A stretch of DNA of 64,000 nt from an uncultured Gemmatimonadaceae bacterium. GTDB lineage: Bacteria; Gemmatimonadota; Gemmatimonadetes; Gemmatimonadales; Gemmatimonadaceae. The stretch is from contig CAVVTZ010000009.1 of assembly GCA_963751275.1 (NCBI GenBank), forward strand, positions 192,001 to 256,000, in the 5' to 3' direction. Position numbers and translations under genes: made by a program. Within the stretch, counting starts at the first letter, position 1. Every line of letters begins with the position of its first letter. Shown here one piece after another: positions 51,967 to 61,647 of the stretch. Below the pieces are notes generated by a model that worked only from the letters and a program-made list of their open reading frames with translations, had not been told where the DNA came from and made no database searches.

Positions 51967-52878
51967 ATGGAGGCCCCATGCACACGATCAGAGATGATCA
52001 TCGCCGGTCTGTTGTTGCTGATGTTCGGCGATCCGAATCCGAAGCTCCTCATCACGCCCGCCGAACTCAAGGCGCGGCTGGCCGATCCCAAGCTCGTGAT
52101 CCTGCAAGTGGGGCCGCTCGAGGATTACGAGGCCGGCCACATCCCCGGCGCGCGGCGCGTCGCGATGGAGGACCTCAATATCGAGCACACGAGCACCGGC
52201 GTGATGCTCGAGCTGCCGGACACCGCCGTCCTGCGCAAACGTCTCGAGAGACTCGGCATTTCGAACGACAGCTGGATCGTCGTGGCCGGCGGGGCCGACT
52301 GGGTGTCACCCGCGACCCGCGTCGTCTTCACGCTCGAGGCGGCCGGCCTCGGCGCCCGCACGCAGCTGCTCGATGGCGGCGCGAGAGGCTGGCAGCGCGC
52401 TGGCTTCGCCCTCACCCCGGACGATCCGCCGGCCGCCAAGCACGGCACGCTCACGCTCCCGCCGGACCGCTGGGTGGTCGTGGATCACTCATGGATCCAG
52501 GCGCACCTCTCCGATCCGCACATCCGCATCATCGACGCCCGCGCGCCCGTCTTCTACGAGGGAGTGGGCATGCCGGAGCACGGCACGCCCGGCGGCCACA
52601 TCGCGGGCGCGAAGAACATCCCCTTCAACACGCTCACGAACGATTCGCTCCTCGTGCTGCCGCTCGATTCCCTCCGGAAGATGTTCGCCGCGGCGGGCGT
52701 GAAGCAGGGCGACACGGTGGCCGCGTATTGCCATATCGGGCAGCAGGGCACGGTCGTGATCTTCGCCGCGCGGCTGCTGGGCATTCCCGCGCGCCTCTAC
52801 GACGGATCGATGACGGAATGGCAGTCGCTCAAGCTGCCGCTCGAGAACGCGAACCCGAACGCGAAGCCCGCGCAGTGA
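51967..52878 (+). CDS. Two-domain rhodanese / sulfurtransferase; start uncertain
   Basis: GHIPGA, LDGG, GHIAGA.NIP, YCHIG, LYDGSMTEW. Confidence 0.92.
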   Translation: MEAPCTRSEMIIAGLLLLMFGDPNPKLLITPAELKARLADPKLVILQVGPLEDYEAGHIPGARRVAMEDLNIEHTSTGVMLELPDTAVLRKRLERLGISNDSWIVVAGGADWVSPATRVVFTLEAAGLGARTQLLDGGARGWQRAGFALTPDDPPAAKHGTLTLPPDRWVVVDHSWIQAHLSDPHIRIIDARAPVFYEGVGMPEHGTPGGHIAGAKNIPFNTLTNDSLLVLPLDSLRKMFAAAGVKQGDTVAAYCHIGQQGTVVIFAARLLGIPARLYDGSMTEWQSLKLPLENANPNAKPAQ

Positions 52879-53396
52879 ACCGGAGCGCGCCGAGCCCGTA
52901 CGCCGATGCCGGATGGAGTGGCATCGCGCTCGGCGCGCTCCTCGCGTTCTCGTTCATCGTCGCGGGGCGGGGACTCGGCGCCTCCGGCGCGTTCGCCGCC
53001 GCGGCGGGGGACGCGCTCGGTCGCATCGCGCCGGCGGCGACGGCGGCCGACCCGGCGCTCGCCGATCGCATCCCGATCGGCGTGCCCCTGCTCGGCGACT
53101 GGATCGTACTCCAGATCATCGGCGTCTTCGCGGGCGGTGGGCTCTCCGCGTGGCTCGCCGGCCGCTGGCACCTCTCATCTGCGCCGCTCTCGCCCACGCG
53201 CATCGCGCGCGCGGGGATCGGCGGCGCGCTGATGGGAGTCGGCGCGCGGCTCGCCTATGGCTGCACGAGCGGCCTGGCGCTCTCGGGCGGCGCGCTCCTC
53301 TCCACCGGCGCGTGGATCTTCATCCCGCTGGCCTTCGGCACCGCAATGATCGTCACGCTGGTCGCGCGCGGGCGGCGCGAAACCCCGGTGCCATGA
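52875..53396 (+). CDS. YeeE/YedE family sulfur transporter subunit
   Basis: GLGASG, GGALMGVGARLAYGCTSG. Confidence 0.88.
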   Translation: MNRSAPSPYADAGWSGIALGALLAFSFIVAGRGLGASGAFAAAAGDALGRIAPAATAADPALADRIPIGVPLLGDWIVLQIIGVFAGGGLSAWLAGRWHLSSAPLSPTRIARAGIGGALMGVGARLAYGCTSGLALSGGALLSTGAWIFIPLAFGTAMIVTLVARGRRETPVP

Positions 53397-54481
53397 GCGC
53401 GCTCCCGGTCTGGGCCACCGCGCTGCCGATCGGCATCGCCTTCGGATTCATCCTCGAGCGCGCCGGGCTCGGCGATCCGCGCGTGATCCTCGGCCAACTC
53501 GTGCTGCGCGATTTCACCGTGATCCGCGTGATGTTCGGCGCGATCGTCACGGCGATGCTCGTCGTCATGCTGGCCGGTGTGACGGGACTCATCGACGTGC
53601 ACGCGATCGCGATCCCGCCCACCGACGCCGCGGCGCAGGCGCTGGGCGGCGTCATCTTCGGCGGCGGCTTCGCGCTGGCCGCGCTCTGTCCCGGCACGGC
53701 GTGCGTGGCGGCGGCGAGCGGACGGCGCGATGGCGTGGTCGCGGTCATCGGCATCTTCCTCGGCACGCTGGCGACGCCGTTCCTCTGGCCCGCGCTCGGC
53801 ACCACGGCGGCCGTGCCCCGCGAGGGTGCGACGCTGCCCGCGGACCTTGGGTGGCCGGCGTGGACCGTGGTGCTCGCGATCACGGCGGGCGGGATCGCCG
53901 CGTCGATGATCGCGCGGCGCGTGGAACGTCGCGGCGCGCCGGCCGCGTGGTGGCATCCGGCGAAAGTGGAACTGGCGGCGCTCGCCCTCGCGCTGGTGTT
54001 CGGCGTACTGAGCGCGCGTCCCGCTCCGCCCGCGCCGCCTCGTGTGGACGCGCTCGCGCTCGCGGCGATGATCCAGGCGCATCGCCCCGGACTTCGCGTG
54101 ATCGACGTGCGCCCGCATCTCGACTCCGGCACGTACATGATCCCGGGCGCCCAACGGCTGCCGGCGGCCGGTGGGGCGGATCTCCATCTGGCGCCGGGAC
54201 AGCAGGTCGTTATCTATGGAGACGACGATGCCGGCGCCGCGCGGGGCGTGCCACTGCTGCGCACCGCCGGCGCGCCGGATGTGATGGTCCTCTCCGGCGG
54301 CATGACGGCGTGGGAGGAAGAAGTGATGGCGCCGGAGGCTCCGCTCGTCCCCTCGGACACCGCGGCAGCGCGGTACCGCGAGGCGCGCGCGCTGTCGCTC
54401 TACTTCGGCGGCACTCCGGACGGCCGGCGTCGCGCCGGCGATCGCGTCCTCAAGAGCATCAGGAGGCGCAACACATGCTGA
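53393..54481 (+). CDS. YeeE/YedE transporter fused to a rhodanese-like domain
   Basis: FGFILERAGL, IFGGGF....CPGT; VIDVR...IPGA...LSGGMTAW; ends RRRNTC. Confidence 0.82.
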   Translation: MSALPVWATALPIGIAFGFILERAGLGDPRVILGQLVLRDFTVIRVMFGAIVTAMLVVMLAGVTGLIDVHAIAIPPTDAAAQALGGVIFGGGFALAALCPGTACVAAASGRRDGVVAVIGIFLGTLATPFLWPALGTTAAVPREGATLPADLGWPAWTVVLAITAGGIAASMIARRVERRGAPAAWWHPAKVELAALALALVFGVLSARPAPPAPPRVDALALAAMIQAHRPGLRVIDVRPHLDSGTYMIPGAQRLPAAGGADLHLAPGQQVVIYGDDDAGAARGVPLLRTAGAPDVMVLSGGMTAWEEEVMAPEAPLVPSDTAAARYREARALSLYFGGTPDGRRRAGDRVLKSIRRRNTC

Positions 54482-55854
54482 CCACCGCCGAAAGCCGGAC
54501 GACGCGGACTCCGGTCCCCTCCGACGAGGAATTCTTCGCGGCGTGGCGGGCGCGCGAGCTCACGCGCGTCGATCGCGCCGGACTCGCCTACGTGGACTAC
54601 ACCGGCGCCGCGCTGTATCCCGAGTCGCTCGTGCGCGCGGATGCGGCGCGCCTGGAGCGCGCCGTGCTGGGGAACCCGCATTCGCAGCACGGGCCGTCGC
54701 GTGAGGCGACCGGCGACGTCGAACGCGCACGCGAGGCCGTGCTCGCGTTCCTGCACGCGGATCCGGCGGAGTATGCGGTGGTGCTCACCGTAAACGCGAC
54801 CGCGGCCTGCCGCCTGGTGGGAGAGAGCTTCCCGTTCACGCGGGAGAGCGCGTTCGTGCTCACGGCCGACAATCATAATTCCGTGAACGGCATTCGCGAG
54901 TACGCGCGCGCGCGCGAGGCGTCGATCTCGGTGATCCCGATTGATGAGGAACTGCGGCTCGTCGATCCGCTGAGCGCGCTGGCGGCGCCGGTGCGCGGCG
55001 CCTCGCTCTTCGCGTTCCCGGCGCAGTCGAACTTCTCCGGCGTGCGGCATGCGTTGTCGCTCGTGGCCGAGGCGCGCGCGCGCGGCTACGCGGTGCTGCT
55101 CGACGCCGCCGCCTACGTGCCGACCGCGGAATTGCGGCTCGATGAGGTGCATCCCGATTTCGTCGCCCTGTCGGTGTACAAGATCGCCGGCTATCCGTCG
55201 GGCGTGGGCGCGCTCGTGGCGCGCCGCGAGTCGCTCGCGCGGCTGCAGCGGCCGTCGTTCGCCGGCGGAACGGTGGATTGGGTCTCGGTGCAGCACGAGC
55301 GGCACCAGCTGATGCGCGGGCCCGGCGCGTTCGAGGATGGCACGGTGCCGTTCCTCGCGGTGGGCGCGGTGCCCGATGCGCTCGCCGTCGTCACCGAAGT
55401 CGGCCGCGACCGCCTCGCGCGCCACACCGCGCATCTCACCGCGCAGCTGCTGCGCGGACTCTGCTCGCTCCGGCACGGGAACGGCGCGCCGGTGGCGATC
55501 ATCCACGGTCCCGCGAACATGGAGTCGCGCGGCGCGGCGGTGGCGCTCTCGGTGCTCGCACCCAATGGCGCCTCGGTCCCCTATTGGGAAGTGGAAGAGC
55601 GCGCGCGCAACCGGCACGTCGCGCTCCGCGGCGGCTGCTTCTGCAATCCCGGCTGCGCGGAACGGTCGTTCGGCTTCGGCGCGCGCGAAACCGTCCAGTG
55701 CCTCGACGAACTGGGCGACGATTTCACGATCCCGCGCTTCGCCGCCTGCCTCGGCGAAGGGACGGTCGGCGCGATCCGCATCTCCTTCGGACTCGGCAGC
55801 GTGGCGGCCGACGTGGAGAGGGTGGTCGAGTTCATCGGAGAGTACGCGAGCTAA
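54475..55854 (+). CDS. Class-V PLP enzyme (cysteine desulfurase / Moco-sulfurase-like)
   Basis: YVDYTG, GNPHS, DNHNSVNGIRE, PAQSNFSG, LDAAA, SVYKIAGYP, GCFCNPG. Confidence 0.88.
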   Translation: MLTTAESRTTRTPVPSDEEFFAAWRARELTRVDRAGLAYVDYTGAALYPESLVRADAARLERAVLGNPHSQHGPSREATGDVERAREAVLAFLHADPAEYAVVLTVNATAACRLVGESFPFTRESAFVLTADNHNSVNGIREYARAREASISVIPIDEELRLVDPLSALAAPVRGASLFAFPAQSNFSGVRHALSLVAEARARGYAVLLDAAAYVPTAELRLDEVHPDFVALSVYKIAGYPSGVGALVARRESLARLQRPSFAGGTVDWVSVQHERHQLMRGPGAFEDGTVPFLAVGAVPDALAVVTEVGRDRLARHTAHLTAQLLRGLCSLRHGNGAPVAIIHGPANMESRGAAVALSVLAPNGASVPYWEVEERARNRHVALRGGCFCNPGCAERSFGFGARETVQCLDELGDDFTIPRFAACLGEGTVGAIRISFGLGSVAADVERVVEFIGEYAS

Positions 55855-55868
55855 GTCACTGTCAACAG

Positions 55869-55986
55869 CCGGGAGCCGATTGCCGGGAGCCGATGAGGCA
55901 TGACAACACATCCCATTACGACACGGCGCGATGTCGTGATGGGATGTGTCGTCATGCCTCATCGGCTCCCGGCAATCGGCTCCCGG
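55869..55986. repeat. Long hairpin, GAGGCATGACAAC family
   Basis: ~55-bp near-perfect arms CCGGGAGCCGATTGCCGGGAGCCGATGAGGCATGACAAC... Confidence 0.92.
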
Positions 55987-56084
55987 TATCTTGCCGTGCT
56001 CGGAACAAACCATACGGCCCTTCGTAGTGTCGAACCGGAGTCCCGCCGTTACGAGGCACAAGGCACACGGAACGAGGAACGTAC

Positions 56085-58583
56085 ATGCGCCAGCTGAAAC
56101 TCGCCTTCCGCACGCTCTTCAAGTCCCCCTTCGTCACCACGGTGGCGATCCTCTCCCTCGCGCTCGGCATCGGTGCCAACGCGGCGATCTTCTCGCTCTT
56201 CGACCAGACGCTGCTCCGCGCGGTGCCGGTGCGCGATCCCGGCCAGCTCGTGGATCTCGCGGCGCCCGGTCCGATGTTCGGCTCCAATTCCTGCAGCATG
56301 ATCGGCGGCTGCGACGAAGTCTTCTCGTACCCGATGTTCCGGGATCTCGAGAAGAGTCAGACCGTGCTCACGGGGCTCGCCGCGCACCGCGATGTCGGTG
56401 TGAGCCTGTCCTACGATCAGCAGCCGATGAACGGCCGCGGTCTGCTGATCTCGGGATCCTACTTCCCGACGCTCGGCCTCAGCCCCGCCGCCGGCCGGCT
56501 CATCGGCCCCGCCGACGACTCGACGATCGGCGCCAACTTCGTGGTCGCCCTCAGCTACGACTTCTGGCAGTCGCGCTTCGGCGGCGACGCGTCGGTGATC
56601 GGGAAGCCGATCATCGTCAATGGCCAGACGATGACGATCATCGGCGTCGCGCCGAAGGATTTCTCGGGCACGTCCCTCGGCGTGAAGCCCCAGGTCTTCA
56701 TTCCGATCTCGATGCGGCACGTGTTGTGGCCGTGGTTCCACGACTTCGAGAACCGGCGCAGCTACTGGGTCTATCTCTTCGGGCGTCTCAAGCCGGGCGT
56801 CACGCTCGCGCAGGCCGCCATGGGGCTCAACAAGGTCTACAAGCCGCTGATCAACGACGTCGAGGTGCCGCTCCAGAAGGGGATGAGCGAGCAGACGCTC
56901 GCGAAGTTCAAGGCGAAGGAAGTGAAGGTGACGGATGGCCGGCGCGGACAGAGCCAGATCCACCAGGAAGCGAAGACGCCCCTGACGCTCTTGATGGCCA
57001 TCACGGTCATCGTGCTGCTCATCGCGTGCGCGAACATCGCGAACCTTCTCCTCGCGCGCGGCGCGAATCGCGCCATGGAGATGGGCGTTCGCCTCGCGCT
57101 CGGCGCCAGTCGCCGGCAGCTGCTCGTACAGCTCCTCACCGAATCGCTGCTGCTGAGCCTCATCGGCGGGGTCGTGAGCCTCGTCGTCGCGCGATGGACG
57201 CTGGGCGCGATCTCGACGCTGCTCCCCTCGGATGGCAGCGCGTCGCTCGCTTTCTCGCTCGAGCCGAGGATCCTGCTCTTCGCGGCGGCGCTCTCCGTGT
57301 TCACGGGCTTCGCGTTCGGCATGTTCCCCGCGCTGCACAGCACGCGCGGCGATCTCGTCACGACCATCCGCTCCAACGCCGGCCAGATCTCCGGGCACCG
57401 CGCCGCGGCGCGATTCCGCGCGACGCTCGTCACCGCGCAGATCGCGCTGTCGATGGCGCTCCTTATCGCGGCCGGACTGTTCATGAAGAGTCTCGCGAAC
57501 ATCAGCAATGTGAACCTCGGCGTGCACGTGGACGACATGGTCACCTTCGGCATGTCCCCCGAGCGCGCCGGGTACGACAGCACGCGCGCGCAATTGTTCT
57601 ATGGTCAAGTGGAAGAGGCGCTCGCTGGCATTCCGGGCGTCACCGGCGTCACGTCGTCGATGGTGCCGCTCCTGGCCGGCGACAACTGGGGGAACAGCGT
57701 GAAGGTGCAGGGTTTCGCCGACGGGCCGGACGTGGACGCCAACTCCCGCATGAACGAAGTGGGCGCCGGGTACTTTCATACCATCGGCATCAAGATGCTC
57801 GCCGGCCGCGATCTCACCACCGCCGACGCGCAGGGCGCGGCGCAGGTCGCGGTCGTGAACGAGTCGTTCGCCAGGAAGTTCAAGCTCGGCAACGACGTCG
57901 TCGGCAAATACATGAGCACGGGAGGCTCGCACGATTCGCTGAACATCCAGATCGTCGGCCTGGTGCAGAACGCGAAGTACAGCGACGTGAAGGACTCGGT
58001 GCCGCCCGTGTACTACACGCCGTGGCGCCAGGACCACAACGCCACGTACATGAACTACTACGTGCGCGGCTCGCTCCCGCCAGCGGAGCTGCTGCGCGCG
58101 ATCCCTGCGGCGATGCGGCGCCTGGATGCCACCGTGCCGGTGGAGGACCTCAAGTCGATGCCGCAGCAGATCAAGGAGAACGTCGCGCTCGACCGGATGA
58201 TCAGCATCCTGTCGGCATCGTTCGCGGTGCTCGCGACCCTGCTCGCCGCCGTCGGGCTATATGGCGTGCTCGCCTACACCGTGGCGCAGCGCACGCGCGA
58301 GATCGGTGTGCGCATGGCGCTGGGAGCCGATGCGGGACAGGTGCAAGTGATGGTCATGCGCCAGGTGGGCTGGATGATGCTGATCGGAGGCGCCGTCGGT
58401 CTCGTCGGCGCGTGGGGGCTCGGCCGCGGCGCTGCGTCCCTGCTGTACGAGATGAAGGGGTTCGACCCCGCCGTCTTCGTGCTCTCCATTATCACATTGA
58501 CGTTGGTCGCCGCCGGCGCCGGCTATCTCCCCGCGCGCAAGGCGTCGAAGGTGGATCCGATCAAGGCGCTCCGCTACGAGTAG
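56085..58583 (+). CDS. MacB/FtsX duplicated ABC permease (ADOP-like)
   Basis: LALGIGANAAIFS, LLIACANIANLLLAR, GLYGVLAYTVAQRTREIGVR, VDPIKALRYE. Confidence 0.95.
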   Translation: MRQLKLAFRTLFKSPFVTTVAILSLALGIGANAAIFSLFDQTLLRAVPVRDPGQLVDLAAPGPMFGSNSCSMIGGCDEVFSYPMFRDLEKSQTVLTGLAAHRDVGVSLSYDQQPMNGRGLLISGSYFPTLGLSPAAGRLIGPADDSTIGANFVVALSYDFWQSRFGGDASVIGKPIIVNGQTMTIIGVAPKDFSGTSLGVKPQVFIPISMRHVLWPWFHDFENRRSYWVYLFGRLKPGVTLAQAAMGLNKVYKPLINDVEVPLQKGMSEQTLAKFKAKEVKVTDGRRGQSQIHQEAKTPLTLLMAITVIVLLIACANIANLLLARGANRAMEMGVRLALGASRRQLLVQLLTESLLLSLIGGVVSLVVARWTLGAISTLLPSDGSASLAFSLEPRILLFAAALSVFTGFAFGMFPALHSTRGDLVTTIRSNAGQISGHRAAARFRATLVTAQIALSMALLIAAGLFMKSLANISNVNLGVHVDDMVTFGMSPERAGYDSTRAQLFYGQVEEALAGIPGVTGVTSSMVPLLAGDNWGNSVKVQGFADGPDVDANSRMNEVGAGYFHTIGIKMLAGRDLTTADAQGAAQVAVVNESFARKFKLGNDVVGKYMSTGGSHDSLNIQIVGLVQNAKYSDVKDSVPPVYYTPWRQDHNATYMNYYVRGSLPPAELLRAIPAAMRRLDATVPVEDLKSMPQQIKENVALDRMISILSASFAVLATLLAAVGLYGVLAYTVAQRTREIGVRMALGADAGQVQVMVMRQVGWMMLIGGAVGLVGAWGLGRGAASLLYEMKGFDPAVFVLSIITLTLVAAGAGYLPARKASKVDPIKALRYE

Positions 58584-58670
58584 CTCGGCGCGCGGCCACA
58601 AACCGTTTCCGTACTTCGACTGTCGAAGCAGAAGCCCGCCCTTTCGCGGATCGAGGCACGAGGAACGCCA

Positions 58671-61166
58671 ATGCGCCAGCTCAAGTTCGCACTGAGAACG
58701 CTGTTCAAGTCCCCCTTCGTGACCGCCGTCGCGATCCTCTCCCTCGCACTGGGGATCGGGGCGAACGCGGCGATCTTCTCGCTCTTCGATCAGCTGCTGC
58801 TCCGCCCGCTCCCGGTGCGCGACCCCGGCGAGCTGGTGGACTTGCACGCGCCCGGCCCGAATCCCGGCTCGCAGTCGTGCGGCTTCGCCGGCGACTGCCA
58901 CGACGTGTTCTCCTATCCGATGTTCCGGGATCTCGAGAAGGGCCAGACCGTGCTCGCGGGACTCGCCGCGCACCGCAACCTGAGCGTGAGCCTCACGTAC
59001 GAGCAGCAACCGATGAGCGGGGCGGGGATGCTCGTGTCGGGCTCCTACTTCCCGACGCTCGGTATCTCGCCGGCGCTCGGCCGCCTGATCGGGCCGGACG
59101 ACGACCGGACCATCGGCGCGCACTTCGTGACCGTGCTCAACTACGACTTCTGGCAATCGCGCTTCGGCGGCGACCCATCGGTCGTCGGCAAGCAGCTCAC
59201 CGTGAATGGGAACCAGTTCACGATCATCGGCGTCGCGCCGCGCGGCTTCGAGGGCACTACGTTGGGCGTGCATCCGCTCGTCTTCGTACCCATCACGATG
59301 CGGCACGTCGTCTCGCCCTGGTTCACGGCGTTCGACAACCGGCAGAACTACTCGATCTATCTATTCGGCCGGATGAAGCCGGGCCTCACCATCAAACAGG
59401 TGGCCGCGGGCCTTAATCACGTCTACCAGCCGATCATCAAGGATGTGGAAGCGCCGCAGCAGGAAGGGATGAGTCCGCAGACGATGGAGAAGTTCAAGGC
59501 GAAGGAGATCGTCGTGACCGCCGGCGCGCGCGGCCAGAGCAGCGTGCACAAGCAGGTCCGCACACCGATGCTCCTGCTGATCGCGATCACGGCCATCGTG
59601 CTGCTCATCGCGTGCGCGAACATCGCGAACCTCCTGCTCGCGCGCGGTGCGAATCGCGCGATGGAGATGGGCGTGCGCCTCGCCCTCGGCGCGAGCCGCC
59701 GCCAGCTGCTCGCGCAGCTGCTCACCGAATCGGTGCTCCTCGCGATCCTTGGCGGCGCCGCCAGTCTCCTCGTCGCCCAATGGACGCTCAGCGCGATCGG
59801 CGCGATCCTTCCGCCCGACGGGATCAAGACGCTCTCCTTCCATCTCGACCCGTCGGTGCTCGCCTTCTCGGGCGCGCTGGCCGTCGTCACCGGATTGCTC
59901 TTCGGGATGTTCCCCGCGCTGCACAGCACGCGCGGCGATCTCATCACCAGCATCCGCGCGGGGGCCGGCCAGATCTCCGGCGCGCGCGCGGCCGCACGCT
60001 TCCGCTCTTCGCTCGTCACCGCCCAGATCGCGCTCTCGATGACGCTCCTCATCGCCGCCGGCCTCTTCATGAAGAGCCTCGCGAACGTGGGGCACGTCGA
60101 CCTCGGCATGCAGGTGGATGACGTGGTGATGCTCGGCATGTCGCCGCAGCGCGCCGGCTATGACAGCGCGCAGATGCAGCAGTTCTACGCCCGCGCCGAG
60201 GAGGCCCTCAAGGCGATCCCCGGCGTCACGACCGTCACGTCGTCGCTCGTGGCGGTGCTGGGCGGCGACAGTTGGGGGAACGACGTGACCGTGCAGGGAT
60301 ACCCGAGCGGCCCCGACGTGGACCAGAACTCCCGCTACAACGAAGTGGGACCCGGATACTTCACGAAGCTCGGCGTGAAGTTCGCCTCCGGCCGCGACTT
60401 CACCGACGCCGATGTGCGGGGCAGCGCGAAGGTGGCGATCGTCAACGAAGCCTTCGCGAAGAAATTCAGGCTGGGCAAGGACGGCGTGGGCAAGTTCATG
60501 GCGCAGGGCCACCACGATTCGCTCGACACCCAGATCGTGGGCGTCATCCGCGACGCGAAGTACAACGGCGTGAAGGACACCGTGATCGCGGTGTACTACG
60601 TGCCGTGGAAGCAGGCCGCCGACGCGACGTACATGTACTACTACGTGCACAGCGCGCTCCCCGCGTCGCAGCTGCTGCGGGACATCCCGGCGGCCATGAA
60701 GCGCTTCGATCCGAACGTCCCCGTGGAAGGCCTCAAGACGATGCCGCAGCAGATCAAGGACAACGTCTTCCTCGACCGGATGATCAGCATCCTCTCGGCC
60801 GCCTTCGCGGTGCTCGCGACGCTGCTCGCCGGCGTGGGCCTTTACGGTGTGCTCGCGTACACCGTGGCGCAGCGCACTCGCGAGATCGGCGTGCGCATGG
60901 CGCTGGGCGCGGACTCCGGCCGCGTGCAGCTGATGGTGATGCGCCAAGTGGGCGTGATGATGCTCATCGGCGGCACGATCGGGCTCGCCGCGGCGTACGG
61001 CCTGGGCCGAGCGGCGGCGTCACTGCTCTATGACCTGAAGAGCTTCGATCCGGTGGTCTTTTCGCTGGCGATCGTGACGCTCGCGCTCGTCGCGAGTGGC
61101 GCCGGCTGGCTGCCCGCGCGCAAGGCATCGAAGGTCGATCCGATCAAGGCGCTGCGGTACGACTAA
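58671..61166 (+). CDS. MacB/FtsX duplicated ABC permease (ADOP-like), tandem paralog
   Basis: Same motifs and collinear with 56085..58583. Confidence 0.95.
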   Translation: MRQLKFALRTLFKSPFVTAVAILSLALGIGANAAIFSLFDQLLLRPLPVRDPGELVDLHAPGPNPGSQSCGFAGDCHDVFSYPMFRDLEKGQTVLAGLAAHRNLSVSLTYEQQPMSGAGMLVSGSYFPTLGISPALGRLIGPDDDRTIGAHFVTVLNYDFWQSRFGGDPSVVGKQLTVNGNQFTIIGVAPRGFEGTTLGVHPLVFVPITMRHVVSPWFTAFDNRQNYSIYLFGRMKPGLTIKQVAAGLNHVYQPIIKDVEAPQQEGMSPQTMEKFKAKEIVVTAGARGQSSVHKQVRTPMLLLIAITAIVLLIACANIANLLLARGANRAMEMGVRLALGASRRQLLAQLLTESVLLAILGGAASLLVAQWTLSAIGAILPPDGIKTLSFHLDPSVLAFSGALAVVTGLLFGMFPALHSTRGDLITSIRAGAGQISGARAAARFRSSLVTAQIALSMTLLIAAGLFMKSLANVGHVDLGMQVDDVVMLGMSPQRAGYDSAQMQQFYARAEEALKAIPGVTTVTSSLVAVLGGDSWGNDVTVQGYPSGPDVDQNSRYNEVGPGYFTKLGVKFASGRDFTDADVRGSAKVAIVNEAFAKKFRLGKDGVGKFMAQGHHDSLDTQIVGVIRDAKYNGVKDTVIAVYYVPWKQAADATYMYYYVHSALPASQLLRDIPAAMKRFDPNVPVEGLKTMPQQIKDNVFLDRMISILSAAFAVLATLLAGVGLYGVLAYTVAQRTREIGVRMALGADSGRVQLMVMRQVGVMMLIGGTIGLAAAYGLGRAAASLLYDLKSFDPVVFSLAIVTLALVASGAGWLPARKASKVDPIKALRYD

Positions 61167-61400
61167 CTATTCGTCCATCGCGTCGACGCTCACTTCAGCG
61201 CGCCCTTCGAGATCGTAGTGCACGTGGACTTGCCAAGGCTGGCAACACACCTGGCAGTCCTCCACGTATTCCTGCGCCTCGCCGCTGTCCGGGTCCAGTG
61301 CGATCTCGTTCTCCTCCCCGCAGTACGGGCAGCGCACCGTCGCCTCGGTGTCGGAGAGCGGCTGGTCGTCTGACTCGTCGGGAGATTCCTCGTCGTACAT
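61167..61400 (-). CDS. CPXCG-motif cysteine-rich protein
   Basis: CPYCGE...YVEDCQVCCQPW; GGAG RBS. Confidence 0.88.
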   Translation of the reverse strand: MYDEESPDESDDQPLSDTEATVRCPYCGEENEIALDPDSGEAQEYVEDCQVCCQPWQVHVHYDLEGRAEVSVDAMDE

Positions 61401-61484
61401 GCTGCTCCATCGATCTGGGAAGTGAACGCGCGCGGGGACGCGAAAGATAGCGGCACGTGACACCAGCGAGTGGCCGCCTTTCAC

Positions 61485-61569
61485 ATCATGTGCATCATGT
61501 TGATCCTGTCAAAGCCGTTGTCGTGGCCGTTACAAACTGCCTGACATGATGAACATGATGCACATGATG
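61485..61569. repeat. Back-to-back CAGGATGAACATGATG-family arms
   Basis: CATCATGTGCATCATGTTGATCCTGTCA ... TGACATGATGAACATGATGCACATGATG. Confidence 0.88.
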
Positions 61570-61647
61570 ACAACGATACCAACGAACCGGTCGCCGCTCT
61601 GGAGACGGAGGACGTGAACATCTCCTTGAACACTGCTCGATAGTAGT

